64,000 nucleotides of DNA from Theionarchaea archaeon. GTDB lineage: Archaea; Methanobacteriota_B; Thermococci; Methanofastidiosales; SZ-28-30. The stretch is from assembly GCA_018992685.1 (NCBI GenBank), contig JACVGT010000009.1:1-64000 (forward strand). The letters are read 5' to 3'. Made by a program: the position numbers and the translations under genes. Shown here in pieces: positions 59,177-64,000 of this stretch (positions are counted from its first letter, which is position 1; every line of letters begins with the position of its first letter). The notes under the pieces are model-generated. The model had not been told where the DNA came from. It was given only the letters and a program-made list of their open reading frames with translations, and did not search any database.

Positions 59177-59764
59177 TCACGCCTCTTTTTTCTTCCGGTA
59201 GAACCCTTCCAGGTTGAGCCTTTTCATCAATCCCTCACGCAGTTCCTCCAGATCACCTGATCCTAGCTTGTTGAGGGTTTCAAGTTCCTCTTTTCTGGGT
59301 TCAACCTGAAGCGTGGGTTTCCGAGGAGCAGCATCTGTGCCCAAAACAGCTGCTAATTCTTCTCTGCGATTAAAAAGCCCCTCATCTACTTCTGCTTCTG
59401 TTTCTTCCTTCTTTATGGCCTGTTTCGTTGGCATTCCCAGAGTTTCTTCAGTTACCTCCGCCTCCGGGAATCGATCAAGGAGCAAAGCCACCAGGGGGTA
59501 ACGGTGCACCTTGATCTCAGTATTGTAATCATTGGAAACTTCAATCATCAATGATACAGCCTCTCGACCCTCAGACCTGGAATCACCCTCAAAGAGTGCC
59601 AGGCGGGGCCGGCCGTCAAAGAACAGTATTTGCCCCAGGGAGTTATCCTCGCCCACGACTTCTACGTATCCCGAAAAATCATTTTCAAGGTTCTCCAGTA
59701 ATTCTCTCAGAGCATGATGACCTCCGGCTCTGGCTTCGATAATTTCTCCCTTGGGAATGTCCAT
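59177..59764 (-). CDS. DUF2226/PATAN-like domain protein
   Basis: MDIPKG..LLENL..FSGYVEV..GQILFFDG..ALF..GREAV. Confidence 0.78.
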   Translation of the reverse strand: MDIPKGEIIEARAGGHHALRELLENLENDFSGYVEVVGEDNSLGQILFFDGRPRLALFEGDSRSEGREAVSLMIEVSNDYNTEIKVHRYPLVALLLDRFPEAEVTEETLGMPTKQAIKKEETEAEVDEGLFNRREELAAVLGTDAAPRKPTLQVEPRKEELETLNKLGSGDLEELREGLMKRLNLEGFYRKKKEA

Positions 59765-59808
59765 GGTGGTCAATGGTGAATGTAAACTTTTAAGGTTTTC
59801 TGTGGTCG

Positions 59809-60348
59809 CTACAGCAGGCTTTCGAGCTGTAGCTTGCCATCGGAGGGACCCTCAGCAAAGATGATATCATTCTGCATGAGGCGAAAATCCTTCTGGGGAT
59901 TGAGCAAGTACTCCTTCCCTCGTTTGACCAGGAAGATGTGCATCCCCGTCTTGGTGGCAACCTTCAATTCTTCCAGGGTTTGATCTGCCAGGACGGAGTC
60001 CTGCGATATATGAAACCGGGCTACAACTTCTTCAGTTTCCTGCATTGCTTCTGCGAATATGGGGTGGATTTCTCCCCTGAAGACGTTTAAGGCAATTTCA
60101 AGAGCAGCATCTGCAATACTCTCAGTAGCATTGATGAGTTCCAGGACGGAGAGGAACCGTTCTTTGCTGATGTCTCTCACCATGTCCAGGACAGTCATCT
60201 TGGCCTGGTAGTTCAGGATATCCATTTTTTCTTCCAGTTCTTCAACATCTTCTGCTATTTCTGTGTCTCTAAAGAGTAGGGCGGCAAAAGCCAGATCTAT
60301 CATTAATTCTGAGGTATCCTTCATCTCCTGAATTGTTTCCCTGAGCAT
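59809..60348 (-). CDS. PhoU/TrkA-C domain protein
   Basis: EMKDTSELMIDLAF, ESIADAA and C-terminal RCK-C; start reset to 60348. Confidence 0.87.
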   Translation of the reverse strand: MLRETIQEMKDTSELMIDLAFAALLFRDTEIAEDVEELEEKMDILNYQAKMTVLDMVRDISKERFLSVLELINATESIADAALEIALNVFRGEIHPIFAEAMQETEEVVARFHISQDSVLADQTLEELKVATKTGMHIFLVKRGKEYLLNPQKDFRLMQNDIIFAEGPSDGKLQLESLL

Positions 60349-60349
60349 T

Positions 60350-60940
60350 CTACCACTTGCTCCTCCTGCCCTTGGCGATTTCTTTGAGAATGAGGTGGCC
60401 CTCTTCTGTCCCGCGGGCCATGAGGACATCGTTGTTGCTGAAAATGAATCGCTTGGGGGGGTTATACACCCATCGTTTACCTCTCCTGACAGCAATGATG
60501 GTGACACCAATGCGGGAAGCGAGTTCTGATTCTCTGAGAGGGATTCCAATGAGCTTGGACTGTTCTTCCAGTTCTACCCTGAAGATCTTTTCATCAGTGT
60601 ATTTGAGGGATTCCTGTATGACGGAGTGAATGTCCAGATCACGGGCGACAGTTTCTGCAATGTTCTGGGCGTGGTTTGAGATGTCCTTTATGGCTGTTGC
60701 GACGTTCAAAATCTCTGAGATTTGTTCTGCATCTTCCCGGGTCCGGGAAGCGAGGAGGGCTCTGATGGTTAACTGGTAGTGTAGTTCGTCCATGGTTTCT
60801 TCAAGGGCATACACTTCGTCAGCAATTGCTTCTGAATCAAAGAGAACGGAAGAATAAGCCAGGTCAACGATGAGTTCTGAGATGTTTTTCATTTCGATAA
60901 AGATCTCTTTGAGGTTCATGTCCTCAGGATGTTTGTCCAT
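60350..60940 (-). CDS. PhoU/TrkA-C domain protein (paralog)
   Basis: EMKNISELIVDLAYS and IIAVRRG..W.YNP motifs. Confidence 0.88.
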   Translation of the reverse strand: MDKHPEDMNLKEIFIEMKNISELIVDLAYSSVLFDSEAIADEVYALEETMDELHYQLTIRALLASRTREDAEQISEILNVATAIKDISNHAQNIAETVARDLDIHSVIQESLKYTDEKIFRVELEEQSKLIGIPLRESELASRIGVTIIAVRRGKRWVYNPPKRFIFSNNDVLMARGTEEGHLILKEIAKGRRSKW

Positions 60941-61148
60941 TAAGGTAGTGTGGGTATTGGAGTTTTTAAGATTTTGTATGGGTTGGCCAGGTTCTGGTGA
61001 AAGAGTGGTGCTATTGTGTGGGATAACCGGAGGTAACGGCGGGATTGCGTGGGTTCGTCACAAAGTGGTTGCAGCAGCAATCTCAGGGGTTCAGGTAATG
61101 CTTCGTCCTTTTCTTTGATGGTAAACTTGATTCACTGCACTCAATTCT

Positions 61149-61313
61149 CTAATCCTTTTCACATAATTCCTTGAGTCTTTCCCATAGCTCGTCTTCATCC
61201 ATTTCTTTGATCATTCTGGGACTCAAGGAAGGTGGTCGATCATCTGACCGATACACCGGGTACTTATACTTATCAGAGGATTCCTTGCGCTCAAAAATCT
61301 TGCGGAATGGCAT
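61149..61313 (-). CDS. Putative 54-aa charged protein, below the ORF-track cutoff
   Basis: MPFRKIFERKE..DEDELWERLKELCEKD; AGGTG SD-like and TATAAA upstream. Confidence 0.45.
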   Translation of the reverse strand: MPFRKIFERKESSDKYKYPVYRSDDRPPSLSPRMIKEMDEDELWERLKELCEKD

Positions 61314-61469
61314 TGTGTACACCTTGTCATGTAGAGTTCATTGTAGTCCTTTATAGACGTATGGCAGACATCCAGAAAATTCCCACGTTGAGGACTACAC
61401 TCTTGCTCTATTCTGTTCTCCCAACTGCATTCTTAAAGATTCTCCGCTTCTCAGTTCTCTGATCACTTC

Positions 61470-61575
61470 GACACCTGCAGCAGCCACGGAGATCGACGTT
61501 TCAGAAAAGATGCCGGCAGTGCCTCAGAGGCGTGCGGAAGCACGTGATCTGAGAGCGTTTGCGTTGCTAGGTGTC
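61470..61575 (+). ncRNA. Candidate structured RNA element
   Basis: Nested stems with G-U pairs and a GGAA tetraloop (CGTGC-GGAA-GCACG inside CTCAGA/TCTGAG); folded by eye. Confidence 0.35.
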
Positions 61576-61646
61576 CAGCAGCAATTCCATCAACTATCTA
61601 ACCTATTCCTGCTACATTCTCTTTCACGAACAGAAGAAAAGAAAAA

Positions 61647-62111
61647 TCAAATAAAGAGAGTAATATCAGCTTTGGATGCTTCCTGAACGTAGGTTGCGAC
61701 ACCTACAACATCATCTACGGGGATTAAATCCTCTTTCCGAACACCCATAACTCTCATGGACATCTCACAGGCCAGGAAGGTCACTCCCAGTTCTTTTGCG
61801 TCTTTGATCATCTCTCGAGGCAGTCTAACGTTTTTCTTCTTCATCATCCGTTTCATCAGCCATCGTCCCATCCCCAGCATATTCAGCCTTGAAGGGCCAA
61901 TAGCATCGCCGCCTCTGGCCATCACATTGAACATCTTGCCCATGAACCCTTCGCCTTTCCATGCGCCCCCTTTCTTTATCACATTCAATCCCCAGAATGT
62001 GGAAAACAATGTCACGTCCATGCCTGAGGCAGCTGCCCCGGTAGCCACAGTCAGAGCAGCCATAGCCTTGTCCAGATCTCCGCTAAACACAATAATAGAC
62101 GCTTTTCCCAT
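61647..62111 (-). CDS. DsrE2/DrsE-type sulfur-carrier protein
   Basis: FSGDLDKA, F.TFWGL, ACEMSM and GVATY motifs. Confidence 0.9.
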   Translation of the reverse strand: MGKASIIVFSGDLDKAMAALTVATGAAASGMDVTLFSTFWGLNVIKKGGAWKGEGFMGKMFNVMARGGDAIGPSRLNMLGMGRWLMKRMMKKKNVRLPREMIKDAKELGVTFLACEMSMRVMGVRKEDLIPVDDVVGVATYVQEASKADITLFI

Positions 62112-62113
62112 GG

Positions 62114-62341
62114 TTACACCGTTCTAGCAAAGTACCTGACAAAAGTATCATCTGGCTCAGAACCCAGAAACTCATTTCCTGTCTGTTCACACCAGGCAGG
62201 TACATCCCTCTTTGCACCTTCATCATCTGCCCACAATTCAATTATCTTTCCTGAATCCATTTTTCTCCTCTGTTTGGCCAGTTCCACGATGGGCTGAGGA
62301 CATACCATACCTCTACTATCCAGTTTTACATCTGATTCCAT
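62114..62341 (-). CDS. tusA: TusA/SirA sulfurtransferase
   Basis: LDSRGMVCPQP, ADD and DVPAWC motifs; GGTGA SD. Confidence 0.92.
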   Translation of the reverse strand: MESDVKLDSRGMVCPQPIVELAKQRRKMDSGKIIELWADDEGAKRDVPAWCEQTGNEFLGSEPDDTFVRYFARTV

Positions 62342-62429
62342 TCTATCACCTCTACTACACAAATGTTCAAAATTCCCATTGATTTTATACAATCGCAAGA
62401 TTTATAAAAGTTTCGACTTTACTTTGTGC

Positions 62430-62867
62430 ATGGATGAAATCGACAGATCAATCTTGAACGTACTCCAGGACAATTCCCGGCTGTCCTTCAGAAAGATCGC
62501 CCAGAAGATTGGCGTGACTGCGGCAACAGTCAGTGCCCGGGTGTCGGATCTGGAGAGCAGGGGTATCATAAAGAAGTACACAGTCCTCCTTGATTACGAC
62601 CAGCTTGATAAGGAGACCTTGCTCATCACACTGGATGCAGATTTGTCCCAGATTGACGACATAGTCCAGGCTATGGTGGGGCTCCCAGAAATATGCTGCA
62701 TTCTGCGGGTTACAGGGAACTTCGACCTAGTGGCGCTGATGAGGTGTGACGGCCATAGAGGTGCGCGGACGGTCTTGAACAGCATCAAGAGCATACCGGG
62801 GGTACGAATGGTGAACAGTCAGATGGTCTTACAGACTCTCCAGGAGACCCTGTGTGTGAAAATGTAG
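62430..62867 (+). CDS. Lrp/AsnC regulator
   Basis: MDEIDRSIL..LQDNSR.SFRKIA..GII..YT and VTG.FD motifs. Confidence 0.92.
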   Translation: MDEIDRSILNVLQDNSRLSFRKIAQKIGVTAATVSARVSDLESRGIIKKYTVLLDYDQLDKETLLITLDADLSQIDDIVQAMVGLPEICCILRVTGNFDLVALMRCDGHRGARTVLNSIKSIPGVRMVNSQMVLQTLQETLCVKM

Positions 62868-62875
62868 GTGGGAGA

Positions 62876-63226
62876 ATGAATATTGGTGTTATGGTTTTAG
62901 AAGGGCCGTATCAGACAGAAAGTGTGGATACAGCCATACATTTCGTGGAGGCAGCTCTCGAGAAAGGGCATACAGTAAAAGGGATTTTTTTATTCATGGA
63001 CGGTGTGTATAACAGTAACAAGCGTGTAAATCCTTCAGGAGAAAGGAATGTTGTTGCCATGTTAAATGCAGTGGGTGAAAAGGTTCCCGTCACCGCCTGC
63101 GCCGCCTGTGCACAGTTTCGAGCAGTGAAAAAAGACACAGTTGCCGACAATGTGAGATTGGGCGGTCTGGGAGAACTGGTTAGCCTGGTACAGACATGTG
63201 ATAAGATTGTTACTTTTGGTGGTTGA
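62876..63226 (+). CDS. DsrE/TusD-family protein
   Basis: GPY, KGH.V.GIFLFMDGVYN, CAACA..R and GGLGEL motifs. Confidence 0.88.
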   Translation: MNIGVMVLEGPYQTESVDTAIHFVEAALEKGHTVKGIFLFMDGVYNSNKRVNPSGERNVVAMLNAVGEKVPVTACAACAQFRAVKKDTVADNVRLGGLGELVSLVQTCDKIVTFGG

Positions 63227-63227
63227 T

Positions 63228-63581
63228 ATGAACATCATTCTATTCAGACAGGCCCCGTATGGAACCTCGTTCACAGGGGAAGGTATCAGGGTCTTGAGCG
63301 CGCTGCAGGCATTTGGAGTTTCCAGCAAGGTGCTTTTCGTGGACGATGGGGTGTTTGCACTGATGAAAGCACAGAATCCTTCTGCACTGCATATGAGAAG
63401 CATAGGAGAGGGAGTGAACATGCTGGAAGAAAATGGGCTGGAACACGTTTTGGTGTGCGGAGCGTCCCTGAAGGAACGAGGAATTGATGAGAAGGACTTA
63501 ATTGATGCGAAAATTACCATTGTGGACAAGAAAGAGGTCGGAAGACTGTTGGAACATGCTGGCATCATACTCCCATTTTGA
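63228..63581 (+). CDS. DsrF/TusC-family protein
   Basis: APYGT..EG.R, VLFVDDGVFAL.K.Q and SLKERG motifs. Confidence 0.87.
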   Translation: MNIILFRQAPYGTSFTGEGIRVLSALQAFGVSSKVLFVDDGVFALMKAQNPSALHMRSIGEGVNMLEENGLEHVLVCGASLKERGIDEKDLIDAKITIVDKKEVGRLLEHAGIILPF

Positions 63582-63590
63582 GGTGAGTCC

Positions 63591-63701
63591 ATGTTATTCA
63601 TTATCACAGTAGTTCCGAATGTAGAAAATTACTGCACACATCTTGCTAATATCGCAATGTGCTGCTATCAACGAAATGCTCCTTTAGTAGATCAAGATTA
63701 G
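63591..63701 (+). pseudogene. Probable dsrH/tusB 5' stub interrupted by AT-rich DNA
   Basis: GAGGTGA SD and MLFIIT at the position expected for dsrH, then unrelated sequence and a stop after 36 aa. Confidence 0.5.
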
Positions 63702-64000
63702 TGTTTTCCCTTGCTAGCCCAAATACCGAGAACTATAGATAAGATGGAAAGCCAAAGCATTATTAAATAATTGATTTGATCTTCCCTAGGAACTTTCAGT
63801 AGGAGAAGAATCCCAATAATAGCTGCTACTATTATAATAATTGACCATTTTTTCTCCTTAATACTTGAGAAAGAAAAGATCGGGGTGCCTGCATATTTGT
63901 GCAATAAGACCCTATTTTTCTCTTTCAAATCATTTTTTATGGAAGATTCCCTCAGTTCTTTAAATTTGAGAATTTCTGAATAGATTACTCTGAGTATATA
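63698..64000 (-). CDS. 3' end of an AT-rich membrane-protein gene (open to the window edge)
   Basis: No stop in frame from 64000 to 63698; two C-terminal TM segments. Confidence 0.65.
   Translation of the reverse strand, partial: YILRVIYSEILKFKELRESSIKNDLKEKNRVLLHKYAGTPIFSFSSIKEKKWSIIIIVAAIIGILLLLKVPREDQINYLIMLWLSILSIVLGIWASKGKH

Overview
Archaeal chromosomal window. The 23S rRNA motifs, TATA/GAGGTGA signals, thermosome, Cdc48, DUF835/DUF2226 proteins and Methanosarcina-type beta-propeller repeats point to an anaerobic euryarchaeon, plausibly Theionarchaea/Thermococci-related (inference). It opens with the 3' end of a 23S rRNA gene with no linked 5S, followed by an AT-rich 4-gene island (wHTH, PRTase-like, receiver-like and membrane proteins). 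The core holds housekeeping genes: aminotransferase, XPF, nadA-sufS, photolyase, tRNA-His, pyrE, glmS, a GlcNAc-1-P transferase, lplA, thermosome, a form IV RuBisCO-like protein, cdc48 with a PRC-barrel gene, a PhoU/TrkA-C pair and a TusA/DsrEF sulfur relay. Many secreted repeat proteins are interspersed. Best candidates for undescribed biology: (i) three DUF2226/PATAN-like genes plus an FG-GAP/TPR membrane protein and a HerA-like ATPase, possibly linked to a Roadblock/small-GTPase operon; (ii) the PRTase/receiver island; (iii) a small secreted Gly-rich peptide tail-to-tail with a wHTH regulator; (iv) a shared TATAAC-N3-GTTATA operator tying two ThiR-family HTH genes to nadA-sufS; (v) propeller genes with a constant scaffold and variable patches; (vi) an apparent ATC start codon on pyrE; (vii) a dsrH apparently interrupted by AT-rich DNA that shares a motif with the first island. 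Family calls come from motif recognition by eye, not from database searches.
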